A stretch of 29,750 nucleotides of DNA from a virus (IMGVR_UViG_3300032320_000553:1-29750); one strand, 5' to 3'. Positions 7,452 through 16,071 are shown, counted from the first letter of the stretch. Program-made: numbers and translations. The notes: generated by a model from the letters alone, not told the origin.

Positions 7452-8075
7452 TTACCCGAGGCGACGGCGACGCGTCGGCGCGGGGGCTTCCTCTTCCTCT
7501 TCAGGCCCATCCATCGACATAAACTCGACGATCTCAAAGATCGGCGTGTAAATGCGACCGTAGGACTTGTGCTGATAGTGCTCTTTCTTGAGCAGCACCA
7601 CCGGCACGGGCTTCGACTCATCAACGCTCACTTGGTTAGCAAACGCGCTTGCTAACGCCTCATAGGAACGCTTGCCGCCGACCGAAGTCGTCGAATAGCG
7701 CGCCTCTAGGCCCTTGTCCTCGCCCGTCAAACACTTCAGCGAGAACCCGACTTGCTTTTCCCAACCGCGAGCGGCATGGGGAGGCGCGTCATCCGTGTCG
7801 GGCAACGGGTCGGTCAGCGCAACCATCCGTTCGCCAAGCACAACGCCGTCGCCCCAGGCGATCCAACCATGTACGAAGGAGAACGGGTTGACGGCCCACT
7901 TAGAGTCAGACTCAACTTCAGTCTGATCCGCGCCGAACACCCAATGGCCGGTCTTGTCCATTTTCAGGATGACCGAACCAGCGGAAGCGGCGGGGGCTGC
8001 GACGGTCTTAATGGCCGTTGCGATTGCTGCGAGAGCGGGGAGACCAGCTTTATTGAAGGCCACTAGATTTGACAT
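7452..8075 (-). CDS. Probable ssDNA-binding protein
   Basis: Between nuclease and polymerase as in APSE-like modules; aromatic beta-rich core and acidic tail PEEEEE; alternative start at 8087. Confidence 0.6.
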   Translation of the reverse strand: MSNLVAFNKAGLPALAAIATAIKTVAAPAASAGSVILKMDKTGHWVFGADQTEVESDSKWAVNPFSFVHGWIAWGDGVVLGERMVALTDPLPDTDDAPPHAARGWEKQVGFSLKCLTGEDKGLEARYSTTSVGGKRSYEALASAFANQVSVDESKPVPVVLLKKEHYQHKSYGRIYTPIFEIVEFMSMDGPEEEEEAPAPTRRRRLG

Positions 8076-8079
8076 GATT

Positions 8080-9204
8080 TTATCCAAGTTTAAGAAGAGC
8101 AGTTTTCATCTGCTCGGGGAGGAACACAACCGCTGACCGAGGATCACTCTCCGGGGCGATTGTGGTTCCCGACGACACCGCAACAACGATGTCATCGGGG
8201 AGGCTGAGTTTACTCTTTTTCAAGATCTTCTCAACCTTGGCGGGCGACAGCAGGGCTGTCTCCACCAATTCTTCACGGTCTACGCCTAACTTACTTAGCG
8301 CGGCGTAAGCCTTATCTTCATCAACCCATTGACGCAGCGCGCGCTTGGCGACCAACTTGTAACCCTGAACCGGCTCGCCAGACTCAAGAATCTGGTGCGC
8401 CAGATCGCGCAGGTCACCAATCCACTTCTCAACCAGATCGGCAGTCGCCAAGTACTCGCCGATCTTCGCGGGGTCTAAGTCTTTGATCTGCACCTTGAGC
8501 GCCCGCTCTGCCGCGCCGGTCATCTGTGGGCAGATCGGTTTGGCTGGGCAGTAGCGGCAATGGTCGCCAACTTTAAGCGGCGCGGAGGCGTTCTGTGACG
8601 CGGTGACGGCATGGACTAGATCACGCTCGAACTGCTTGACGCGCGCCACGGTAGTCGTCCATCGCTTGACCGCTGGCGGCTGGACGATGACCATCTCAAC
8701 CTCAGACACACCCTCAAACGCCCATTCCAGACCGTTAGTCCGCATGGCCGCAGCGGCGTAGAACAGCAACTGCTCGTTCTCTTCGACATTTACCTCACCC
8801 CGGCCAAACTTCCAGTCGAGCACAACGGCGCGGTCGTCGATCCGGCCAATCAGGTCAGCAGACCCGAACACGCCGGGGAGCAGTTTGCCGAAGTTGACGT
8901 GCGACTCGACCTTGTACTCCATGTTGCCGTCTGGGTCGATCTCGTTTAGCGCCGCCATCGCGGGAATGATCTTTTCGTCAATCAAGTCCTCGGTCATAGT
9001 CTGGTCGTTCTCAACCATGCCGAGCACGCTCTTGATCTCCAGACTAGGATCTTCTAACAGCATTGCCATCGCGCTATGGCACAACGTGCCTTGATCGGCG
9101 GCGTCACTTCCCAATTTGGGAGGCATCTTCTGCACCAGCGCGACCGAGCCTGGGCAGTTGACGACGCGCTTGGCGGTCGAGCCGCCAACGATATTAGAGT
9201 GCAT
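8080..9204 (-). CDS. DUF2800 / Cas4-like PD-(D/E)xK exonuclease
   Basis: N-terminal CPGS, GTLCH, GSAD...LDWKFG, QLLFYA, and C-terminal CRYCPAKPIC cysteine cluster. Confidence 0.88.
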   Translation of the reverse strand: MHSNIVGGSTAKRVVNCPGSVALVQKMPPKLGSDAADQGTLCHSAMAMLLEDPSLEIKSVLGMVENDQTMTEDLIDEKIIPAMAALNEIDPDGNMEYKVESHVNFGKLLPGVFGSADLIGRIDDRAVVLDWKFGRGEVNVEENEQLLFYAAAAMRTNGLEWAFEGVSEVEMVIVQPPAVKRWTTTVARVKQFERDLVHAVTASQNASAPLKVGDHCRYCPAKPICPQMTGAAERALKVQIKDLDPAKIGEYLATADLVEKWIGDLRDLAHQILESGEPVQGYKLVAKRALRQWVDEDKAYAALSKLGVDREELVETALLSPAKVEKILKKSKLSLPDDIVVAVSSGTTIAPESDPRSAVVFLPEQMKTALLKLG

Positions 9205-9487
9205 TTGATTTCCCTTTGATCAGGCTAAGAAGCGATTCCTGCGACAGCATCGCAGGGTTGTGACGCCCGAGCATCTTTGTGACCCACCCGCGCGGCCAGA
9301 GCAGCGACAGCGACACTTTAGCGCCGAGCGTTAGCAACTCTGTTGTGGTGTAGCTGACGCCGCCGGGGGCGACCCAAGCGTTTTTAACGCGCCAGTGCGG
9401 CACACACATTATGTTGCCCTTGTAGAACACGGGGTGCAATTCCAACGGCTCGAAGTCGCCGTTGTCGTCTTTCATGATGTGGATCAT
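9194..9487 (-). CDS. Hypothetical protein (97 aa)
   Basis: ATGA-coupled within the leftward operon. Confidence 0.7.
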   Translation of the reverse strand: MIHIMKDDNGDFEPLELHPVFYKGNIMCVPHWRVKNAWVAPGGVSYTTTELLTLGAKVSLSLLWPRGWVTKMLGRHNPAMLSQESLLSLIKGKSNAL

Positions 9488-9648
9488 TCTGCTTTGTCCT
9501 CTGCTTCGTAGGTAAATTCTGCGCGGTAAAGGAAGGCGTAGTTACTACACTCAAACTTTACCGTGTTGAACTTGGTGTTAGGCAGCAAGGACTCAAGGTA
9601 AGTGATGAGGATGTTTTGAACTTCTTCGCGGTCTAAAGTGATTTTCAT
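9484..9648 (-). CDS. Hypothetical protein (54 aa)
   Basis: MKITLDREEVQNIL...; ATG 9648 with AGGT RBS is preferred to the longer ORF call. Confidence 0.65.
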   Translation of the reverse strand: MKITLDREEVQNILITYLESLLPNTKFNTVKFECSNYAFLYRAEFTYEAEDKAE

Positions 9649-9681
9649 TTGAGAGTACCTGTGTGGTTGGTTGGAGACGTC

Positions 9682-9738
9682 ACTGTGCCCGATCACGATC
9701 TGCTTGTCAACAACTTTTTCGCAAGATATGATGGCGGC
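9682..9738. promoter_or_regulatory. Divergent sigma70-type promoters with overlapping -35 elements
   Basis: + strand TTGTCA(9704-9709)-17 bp-TATGAT(9727-9732); - strand TTGACA(9710-9705)-17 bp-CACAGT (weak -10). Confidence 0.65.
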
Positions 9739-10011
9739 ATGAAAGAAAGCGAGATCGAGCGCCACTTCGTCTGGACCGTCGAGACGATGGGCGGTAAAAC
9801 GTACAAGTTCACAAGCCCCGGCGTTCGGGGCGTGGCCGACCGTGTGGCGTGTCTGCCAGACGGGTCGACGTGGTTCGTAGAACTCAAAACCAAGGGGGGA
9901 AAACTCAGCAAACTACAGGAACACTTCGGCGCAACCATGCGCCAACTCAACCAAAACTACACAGTAATCTGGAACCTAGAAGGAATACACGAATGGAAGA
10001 CCAACCTGTAG
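9739..10011 (+). CDS. VRR-NUC domain nuclease (Holliday junction resolvase-like)
   Basis: MKESEIE...KFTSPGVRGVADR...WFVELKTKGGKLSKLQ. Confidence 0.9.
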   Translation: MKESEIERHFVWTVETMGGKTYKFTSPGVRGVADRVACLPDGSTWFVELKTKGGKLSKLQEHFGATMRQLNQNYTVIWNLEGIHEWKTNL

Positions 10012-10706
10012 ATTTTCTTTCCGTCATACCAATATCTGTAATAGATGTTGCGGCGCAGGGGAAACGTAAAAATGAAGACCACAACAGCACAAGTAGCCGA
10101 GCAAACTACAGTCCGTTCCCTAACGAAATCGCTACGTTGTGCGCGGAATTTTACTTACGCGACGCCAAAGTTGTTTTTGATCCGTTTGCGGGGTGGGGTG
10201 AACGGGGCGCTGCCGTAAAAGCACAAGGAAAACAATACGTTGGGTTTGATACGTCACAAGAAGCGTTAGACAAAGCGTTTGCAGACCACGGCGTAGTCAA
10301 TCTAAAAGCTGACTCTTCTGTAGCTGAAATTCCAAAATTTGACGGGTTGTTCACTTGCCCGCCGTATTGGAATCTGGAAACTTACGCGGGCGAAACGGGC
10401 ATAGATAGGCTAAAAACGTGGGAAGGGTTTGTAGAAAAGTTGACTTTGATTTTCACTCGATGTTTTAACGCAGCCGCCGAAGGCGCAATCTTTTGCGTGA
10501 TGGTAGGCGACTGGCGTAAAAATCACACTTACTACGATTTGGAATTCCAAACAAGTTTAATTTTCAAAGACTTAGGCGCGAAAGTAGTAGACAAGGTTGT
10601 AGTCAGCCGAAGCAAAGTTAGCAAGATAAAAATAATGCTGCCGCAAGCTAAACGACTCGGTTACTCGGTGCGCGTCCACGAAAATCTTTTGGTGTTCAAA
10701 AAATGA
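9993..10706 (+). CDS. DNA amino-methyltransferase (N4-C/N6-A type)
   Basis: Motif I VFDPFAGWG, motif IV TCPPYW, VMVGD; AAGGA RBS before ATG 9993. Confidence 0.85.
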   Translation: MEDQPVDFLSVIPISVIDVAAQGKRKNEDHNSTSSRANYSPFPNEIATLCAEFYLRDAKVVFDPFAGWGERGAAVKAQGKQYVGFDTSQEALDKAFADHGVVNLKADSSVAEIPKFDGLFTCPPYWNLETYAGETGIDRLKTWEGFVEKLTLIFTRCFNAAAEGAIFCVMVGDWRKNHTYYDLEFQTSLIFKDLGAKVVDKVVVSRSKVSKIKIMLPQAKRLGYSVRVHENLLVFKK

Positions 10707-12013
10707 ATCTTAGACCTTACCAAGAAGTAGCCGCCGACTTCCTCTACGGCCAGGATCGCGCGATGATCCTAGCGCCCGTAGGGGCTGGCAAGACGGCGAT
10801 TACGCTGACCGCGCTGTCGGCGCTGCTCAAAATCAAACGCAACGCTTTAGTGCTTGCGCCCAAGCGGGTAGCCGAAAGCGTCTGGTCAACCGAAGCCGCG
10901 AAGTGGGCACCGGAGTTGACCGTCGCGGTCGCGGTCGGCACACCCAAACAGCGCCAGAAAGCGTTTGAGTCTGGCGCGCAGGTGGTGGTGACCAACTACG
11001 ACAATATCCAGTCGATGCCGCATCTGGATTTTGACTGCATCATCTTCGACGAACTGACGCGGCTTAAGAACCCGTCCGGCGCGCGGTTCAAGGCGCTTGC
11101 CAAACTGATAGACAAGATCGAGATCCGGTGGGGCCTGACCGGATCGTTCACCAGCAATGGCTTGGAAGACGTGTTTGGGCAATGCAAGATCATCGACCAG
11201 ACGCTACTCGGGCGCTCCAAGGGCGCGTTCTTGCAGCAGTACTTCATCTCCATAAACCCCGAGTTCGGCCAATGGGCGCCGCGCGCTGGTAGTCTGGATA
11301 AGGTCATGGAGCGTATCAAACCGGCCACCTACGTCCTTGAACCGGGCGAGTACAGCGACAAGCTACCGCCGCTGCACATCGTCCATGTGAACTGTGAGAT
11401 GCCGATGGACCACTACAACAAACTTAAGAAAGAGTTTGTGTTGGACAACATCGTCGCCGTCAACGCTGGCGTGGTGACGGGCAAACTACAACAGATGGCG
11501 TCTGGGTTTGTCTACGATAACTCTACCGCGCCGGTTCCTGAAACACCGGGCAAGTTCATCACACATCAGACGCCGATCTGGTTCTCCAAACACAAGTTTG
11601 AGGCGCTGGACGACCTGTTGGCTGAGAACCAGCACGCCAACACAATTCTGGTGTACCAGTACCAGGAAGAACTTGCGGAACTGCACCGCCGCTATTCCAA
11701 TCTAGTTACGCTTGACGATGATAATGCCATCGAACGCTGGAACGCCGGTAAGGTCGAACTGTTGGCGGTCCATCCTAAGTCTGCCGGTCACGGCCTGAAC
11801 CTGCAACACGGCGGCTGCAAGATGGTCTTTGTATCGCTGCCGTGGTCGCTTGAGTTGTTTGAGCAGACGGTTGGACGCCTACACCGCAGCGGTCAACGCC
11901 GCGACGTGTGGGTCTACATTATGTCAACTCAGAAGACGATTGACGAAAAAATTTGGGTGGCGCTCCAAGACAAACGCGCCGTTTCTGACATCGCTATGGA
12001 GGCGCTTAAATGA
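10703..12013 (+). CDS. SNF2-family (SF2) helicase
   Basis: LRPYQ, GAGKT, IFDE, LTGS, SAGHGLNLQ, QTVGRLHRSGQ. Confidence 0.93.
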   Translation: MNLRPYQEVAADFLYGQDRAMILAPVGAGKTAITLTALSALLKIKRNALVLAPKRVAESVWSTEAAKWAPELTVAVAVGTPKQRQKAFESGAQVVVTNYDNIQSMPHLDFDCIIFDELTRLKNPSGARFKALAKLIDKIEIRWGLTGSFTSNGLEDVFGQCKIIDQTLLGRSKGAFLQQYFISINPEFGQWAPRAGSLDKVMERIKPATYVLEPGEYSDKLPPLHIVHVNCEMPMDHYNKLKKEFVLDNIVAVNAGVVTGKLQQMASGFVYDNSTAPVPETPGKFITHQTPIWFSKHKFEALDDLLAENQHANTILVYQYQEELAELHRRYSNLVTLDDDNAIERWNAGKVELLAVHPKSAGHGLNLQHGGCKMVFVSLPWSLELFEQTVGRLHRSGQRRDVWVYIMSTQKTIDEKIWVALQDKRAVSDIAMEALK

Positions 12014-12150
12014 AACCCAACTGTCAGCAATGCAGGGTAAACCCTGTGGTCCATAAGGTTCCCTTGTCAAGCGGTAAAGGGTTCCGATGGAAGTGTGAAA
12101 GCTGCCACAAACGCCTAGCCACAAGCGGATTCAAGGACAAGATCGCATGA
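12010..12150 (+). CDS. Small Cys4 zinc-finger protein (46 aa)
   Basis: MKPNCQQC...WKCESCHKR...; GGAGG RBS; overlaps both neighbours. Confidence 0.7.
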   Translation: MKPNCQQCRVNPVVHKVPLSSGKGFRWKCESCHKRLATSGFKDKIA

Positions 12151-12440
12151 TTACCGATCGGGAAGAATCCGCAGGAAAGACTACTAATGGTGAATCAAAA
12201 TTACCGAACGGGAAAACCATGACTAGATTAGAAATCATTCGCATGGCGCGGGAGGCTGGGCTGGCAACTCACGTTGTAGTTCCAGATACCGTAGTAGATA
12301 TATTTGAGAAGTTCGCCTCGTTTGTCGCCGCGCATGAGCGGCAAGCGTGTGGCTTGATAGTGCTAGACAACAGCGATGCCGAAGGCATTTGCTGTACTGA
12401 TGACGTGCTTGAAGCCTTCCGACAAAAGGGAGAGAAATGA
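12147..12440 (+). CDS. Hypothetical phage protein
   Basis: Contains the common phage motif EIIRMAREAG...FA..VAAHER.AC. Confidence 0.75.
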   Translation: MITDREESAGKTTNGESKLPNGKTMTRLEIIRMAREAGLATHVVVPDTVVDIFEKFASFVAAHERQACGLIVLDNSDAEGICCTDDVLEAFRQKGEK

Positions 12441-12574
12441 AATACGGAATCCTTGACGACGAAGGTAACGTCGTCCGCTGGGTCTGGCATATGCCGCCGT
12501 ATCCGCACATCGTGCAAAAGCTACCCCGTAAACCCAAGCTGGATCTATCTAACGTACCGGAGGCGTTATTTTGA
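12437..12574 (+). CDS. Hypothetical protein (45 aa)
   Basis: MKYGILDDEGNVVRWVWHMPPYPHIVQKLPRKPKLDLSNVPEALF; ATGA overlap, GGGAG RBS. Confidence 0.7.
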   Translation: MKYGILDDEGNVVRWVWHMPPYPHIVQKLPRKPKLDLSNVPEALF

Positions 12575-12753
12575 AATGCCCAGAATGCCTAGAAACAATG
12601 CGAACCAAAGACACTCGCCAATGGAGAGACACTAGCAAACAATTTGATTGGGTAGAGCGGCGCAGGGTGTGTTCGTTCTGCGACTACCGCGTGATGACAA
12701 TTGAGATGCCAAAAGAGGTTTGGACTAAATACAGCGAGGGGCAAAATGACTGA
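12571..12753 (+). CDS. Stand-alone NrdR-like zinc-ribbon protein
   Basis: KCPEC...DTR...RRRVCSFC..R..TIE matches the NrdR N-terminal pattern; TTG start with GGAGG. Confidence 0.75.
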   Translation: MKCPECLETMRTKDTRQWRDTSKQFDWVERRRVCSFCDYRVMTIEMPKEVWTKYSEGQND

Positions 12754-13009
12754 CCGCGAACTTATGCAGCAAGCGCTAGAGGCCCTGCAATACGCATCAG
12801 ACGAAACAAAACCACAAAACTTGCACGGATGCGATTGTTTGCTTTGCACAACCATCCTAGCTTTGCGCGAGAGGCTGGCGCAACCAAAAACCCCCTATGT
12901 TATTGACTGCCCCCGATGCGGTCATTGCTGTCCACAGCGACCGTGGACTGGGCTGATGGGTGGCGATGAGTTTGTAAGCAAAGACAGCGTGAAAAGGATG
13001 GTCGTATGA
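12746..13009 (+). CDS. Hypothetical Cys-rich phage protein
   Basis: MTDRELMQQALEAL...ALRERLAQP...CPRCGHC; GAGGGG RBS. Confidence 0.7.
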   Translation: MTDRELMQQALEALQYASDETKPQNLHGCDCLLCTTILALRERLAQPKTPYVIDCPRCGHCCPQRPWTGLMGGDEFVSKDSVKRMVV

Positions 13010-13176
13010 TCGTCAAAGGCAAATTCATCAAAGACTGGGATAAGTCCCAGATCTCGACCGCCTACCAGCGTCCGAACCAGTTCCGCGTCATTACGTGGGA
13101 CATGGGGCGCATTCAATCTTGGCTACTGGGTAAGCAACCGCTGACCCGCACACTACTAGAGAAGGTGATCCGATGA
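13006..13176 (+). CDS. Hypothetical protein (56 aa)
   Basis: MIVKGKFIKDWDKSQISTAYQRP...; ATGA overlaps at both ends. Confidence 0.7.
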   Translation: MIVKGKFIKDWDKSQISTAYQRPNQFRVITWDMGRIQSWLLGKQPLTRTLLEKVIR

Positions 13177-13391
13177 AGCTAGTCCGAGCCAAACTGATCG
13201 CCGCGCGCGAAGAACTTATAATTCGTCAGCGCGAACTGGCCGCAGCGCAACGCAACTACAACCGCGTTATTGAAACCCTTAAAGACTTAGAGGTGCGACT
13301 TGAATCACACTTGGCGGGGCTTAAACGTAGCTCTGAAGACGCTGGACGAAAAGACTGTGCTGGAGATGCTGAACCACGAGAAAGCGACTGA
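13173..13391 (+). CDS. Coiled-coil hypothetical protein
   Basis: Heptad-rich 72-aa ORF, AAGGTG RBS. Confidence 0.7.
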   Translation: MKLVRAKLIAAREELIIRQRELAAAQRNYNRVIETLKDLEVRLESHLAGLKRSSEDAGRKDCAGDAEPRESD

Positions 13392-13491
13392 GGCTCGCGC
13401 CAGCATTTTGCGCCGTATACACCAACGCTATAACACGCTGCGCGTATCGCGCGAGCGTATCGAACTACTTCAAGAGGCTAAACAACCATGA
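13300..13491 (+). CDS. Hypothetical protein (63 aa)
   Basis: TTG start with GAGGTG RBS; coupled to the next gene. Confidence 0.65.
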   Translation: MNHTWRGLNVALKTLDEKTVLEMLNHEKATEARASILRRIHQRYNTLRVSRERIELLQEAKQP

Positions 13492-13697
13492 CCGACTTTG
13501 CAGCGTGGCGCTATGAAAACCTTGTGCAGTTTGCCAAGGAATCGACCGAACGTATGAACCTTCTGAATGCGGAGATTGAGGCGCTAAACGCCGACTTAAA
13601 AGCGGCGATTAACGCCTACCGCGACCTACTTCGCCGCGACACCCTTGGATTTTTCGAAGCTGCGCAACCCACCGAAGCCAAGCAGACCGGCGAGTAA
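13488..13697 (+). CDS. Coiled-coil hypothetical protein
   Basis: GAGG RBS; last + strand gene, overlapping the holin 3' end. Confidence 0.65.
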   Translation: MTDFAAWRYENLVQFAKESTERMNLLNAEIEALNADLKAAINAYRDLLRRDTLGFFEAAQPTEAKQTGE

Positions 13698-14063
13698 GGT
13701 CATCAACTGTTCAACCTGGAGGTCTGGCGGCGCGGCCAGACCCTTCGGGATAATGTCCACGCCCTGCCCAAACGCCCACACCCACTGCATCAGAGGGTAG
13801 CCAAGAAATTGATAGGTTAGGCCAGCAACGCCAACCCAACCGACAGCAGGACGCCAGCCAGAGACAAATAAGCTAGTAGACGCCGCTTCGATCTTGTTGA
13901 TACCCACCTGCGCGAGATCTGTAGCTTGGTCGATACGCTTTTCTTCAAGATCGAGCTTGCGGTCCTCCAGCGCCATTTGAAGGCGTTCTTGGTCTGTCGT
14001 AATGAGGTCGCCCGCGACCTTACCCACGCCTTCAATGATGCTCCCTATTCCAATAAGATTCAT
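13626..14063 (-). CDS. 3TM holin (GTA-type holin family)
   Basis: SLFVSGWRPAVGW...LLGFGGLRSFEK; TAATG-coupled to the endolysin. Confidence 0.85.
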   Translation of the reverse strand: MNLIGIGSIIEGVGKVAGDLITTDQERLQMALEDRKLDLEEKRIDQATDLAQVGINKIEAASTSLFVSGWRPAVGWVGVAGLTYQFLGYPLMQWVWAFGQGVDIIPKGLAAPPDLQVEQLMTLLAGLLGFGGLRSFEKSKGVAAK

Positions 14064-14578
14064 TACTTTAGTCCGGACAATGTACGGTTGATCCAACCAA
14101 GAAGAAACTTGGACTGTGTGCGGTTTTTATTGCAAATGTCTGCGTAGCGCGTGATCTTCGCCAGCGCGTACGATTTCTTGAACGAATCCGGTTCAACACT
14201 GTTGAACTTTTGCAGCGTAACAGGGCCAACCGCGCCGTCTGGAGTAGCGCCTACGATCAACTGCGCGAGCTTGACGGCAACTTTGATGCCGGTGTTTACG
14301 CCGAAGTTGAAGATGTTTTCTGCAACAACTTGGTTCGTAATTTCATCCCCTCGAATACGATCCCAAAACTCAACCTTATAAAATTTGCGCACCATCCCAG
14401 TAAGGAGCGGATTGTCGACAGCACCATTGTCAATGAGGTTCCAACCGGGCCAGTGCGGGTTTGGATTTCGCGCAATTCCTGCATAGGTCATTCCTCCGGT
14501 GTCACCTGGGACGGTGTGTAAAACGTAACCGCCTTCATCAACGATCATTTTCTCAAACGCGGGATTGAAGTTAGCCAT
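14063..14578 (-). CDS. Endolysin, glycoside hydrolase family 108 with C-terminal peptidoglycan-binding domain
   Basis: EGGY...DTGGMTYAGI; FGVNTG; DGAVGPVTL; FLLGWINR. Confidence 0.92.
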   Translation of the reverse strand: MANFNPAFEKMIVDEGGYVLHTVPGDTGGMTYAGIARNPNPHWPGWNLIDNGAVDNPLLTGMVRKFYKVEFWDRIRGDEITNQVVAENIFNFGVNTGIKVAVKLAQLIVGATPDGAVGPVTLQKFNSVEPDSFKKSYALAKITRYADICNKNRTQSKFLLGWINRTLSGLK

Positions 14579-15531
14579 TAGTACCCACTCACATCAATAA
14601 GTTGACCACGGAAGTCGATGATACCTTCGGCGTACTTGCTAACCAACTCAGGCCAGAGCGGTTTGCTGTTTTTCATGGTTACCACGGCAAAGCCGCTGCG
14701 CCAGTTGACCGGGCCGTCTTCGAGGTAGTCAATGAACTGCGGCCCATCAATCTCAGCAAGCGTACCCGTGTCAACGCCCCACCGAGTGCCATTATAGTCA
14801 CCAAACGGCGTGACCTTGAGGCTGTGTAGATGGCCGGTGATAGTTGTAACGCCAGAGTTGACCGTGTTGTTGTGAGTAGCGTGAACGCCGCCCTTGTAGC
14901 GGTGTTTGACCACTACGTTGTCTGATAACCAGCAAGACCAACATGGATGCCATTTTGGAAAATGGTCTTTGAGCGCCGTGCCGCCGACGCCTTCAAATTG
15001 AGATGCAACTTCTGACAGGCGCGTCTCGAAACGCGAGTCATGGTTACCTAGCGGCCAGATCAGTTGCGTGTGATGGCGGGCCTTCTCGCAAGCGTCTTCA
15101 ATCTCTTTAAGTGCTTCTTGGCACGCTTGCAGTTCCTGCTTCACGTTTGGGACCGAACTCCAATTTATTCTGGCGTGTCTGCTGATCGAACTTCCATCGA
15201 AAATATCGCCGTTGGCGACTACAACGTGCGGTTTAAGTTCATTTATCGCCCATAACAAGCCCTTGAAAGCAGTTGTTCTGATCCCAGGCCAGAAGTGTGC
15301 GTCAGAGAAAATGATCGCAATGCCATCAGTCAGGCCAGCTTCGTGGCGAGCTTTTTGGATGTGGATCGGTTTGCCAGTTAATAAGTTGAGGTTTAACTTA
15401 CTTTCTAAAGAGCGACGCCGAGAATGAACGCGCCTCTCAGAAATCCCTGTCAGTCTGGCAACTTTGACGGGTGATTTAAGTTCGTCCCATAGCCGCAAGA
15501 ACTCTTCGTCGCTTATTTTTTGTGGCTTCAT
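14578..15531 (-). CDS. Calcineurin-like metallophosphoesterase with N-terminal HTH-like segment
   Basis: SDAH, NGDIFD, GNHD, H, GHLH motifs. Confidence 0.88.
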   Translation of the reverse strand: MKPQKISDEEFLRLWDELKSPVKVARLTGISERRVHSRRRSLESKLNLNLLTGKPIHIQKARHEAGLTDGIAIIFSDAHFWPGIRTTAFKGLLWAINELKPHVVVANGDIFDGSSISRHARINWSSVPNVKQELQACQEALKEIEDACEKARHHTQLIWPLGNHDSRFETRLSEVASQFEGVGGTALKDHFPKWHPCWSCWLSDNVVVKHRYKGGVHATHNNTVNSGVTTITGHLHSLKVTPFGDYNGTRWGVDTGTLAEIDGPQFIDYLEDGPVNWRSGFAVVTMKNSKPLWPELVSKYAEGIIDFRGQLIDVSGY

Positions 15532-15585
15532 TCTTCATCCTTGTAGAAGAACCACACCAAATAGCACAGTTTTGTTGCGGTGGGG

Positions 15586-15612
15586 TGACCCCCCGAGGTC
15601 GTCAGGGGGTCA
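15586..15612 (-). terminator. Strong hairpin after the acidic-protein gene (terminator or processing site)
   Basis: TGACCCCCTGA-cgacc-TCGGGGGGTCA, 11-bp stem with one G-U; no U-tract. Confidence 0.45.
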
Positions 15613-15617
15613 GATCA

Positions 15618-15830
15618 TTACTCGTCGGTCTGTTCGTCAACCTCTTCGGCTTCTTCTTCTTCTTCAGCGTGAGCTTGGAAGAGAGCGTCGGCGGTTGAGG
15701 AGAAAAGCGAAGACAGCGTGAACTCGTTGATGTTTGATGCTTTAGCAACGAGGAACGCAACCGAGAACAGCGCGTTCAGGGCGTCAACTGGCTCAGAAGC
15801 GTCGATAGCGGCAAGGATGTCGTCTTTCAT
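15618..15830 (-). CDS. Small highly acidic protein (70 aa)
   Basis: GGAG RBS before MKDDILAAID...; tail EEEEEAEEVDEQTDE. Confidence 0.75.
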   Translation of the reverse strand: MKDDILAAIDASEPVDALNALFSVAFLVAKASNINEFTLSSLFSSTADALFQAHAEEEEEAEEVDEQTDE

Positions 15831-15879
15831 GTGAGGCTCCAAGAAAAGGAACTTCATTTTACGAACTGACGATTACCGT

Positions 15880-16071
15880 TTAATGAACTTTCAGTAGCAT
15901 TGTCAGCAGCATCATAATGATGGCCCCACCGCCCGTGATCAGGATCTGCTCTAGACGCTTGATCCGGGCGTGGATACCGCGCGTCTCTTTCTCGATACCT
16001 TCGTACCGGATCGCACAGACATCCACGTGGGCGTCAATCTTGTGATCAACTTCAGATAATGTAACCATCAT
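15880..16071 (-). CDS. Small coiled-coil plus C-terminal TM protein (XhlA/holin-like)
   Basis: AHVDVCAIRY...RIKRLE followed by a hydrophobic helix; upstream of the lysis genes. Confidence 0.65.
   Translation of the reverse strand: MMVTLSEVDHKIDAHVDVCAIRYEGIEKETRGIHARIKRLEQILITGGGAIIMMLLTMLLKVH

Noticed and set aside
7449-7454. SSB-polymerase readthrough fusion (in-frame TAA-GTG)
   Set aside because: The polymerase has a normal exonuclease N-terminus, so ordinary translational coupling explains the junction.
3437-9094. Antisense and alternate-frame ORFs within replication genes
   Set aside because: Shadow ORFs of GC-rich coding sequence with no motifs.
9649-9992. Extended N-termini for the VRR-NUC (9649), methyltransferase (9849) and leftward 9765 ORFs
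   Set aside because: They run through the promoter region or the neighbouring gene; better starts are 9739, 9993 and 9648.
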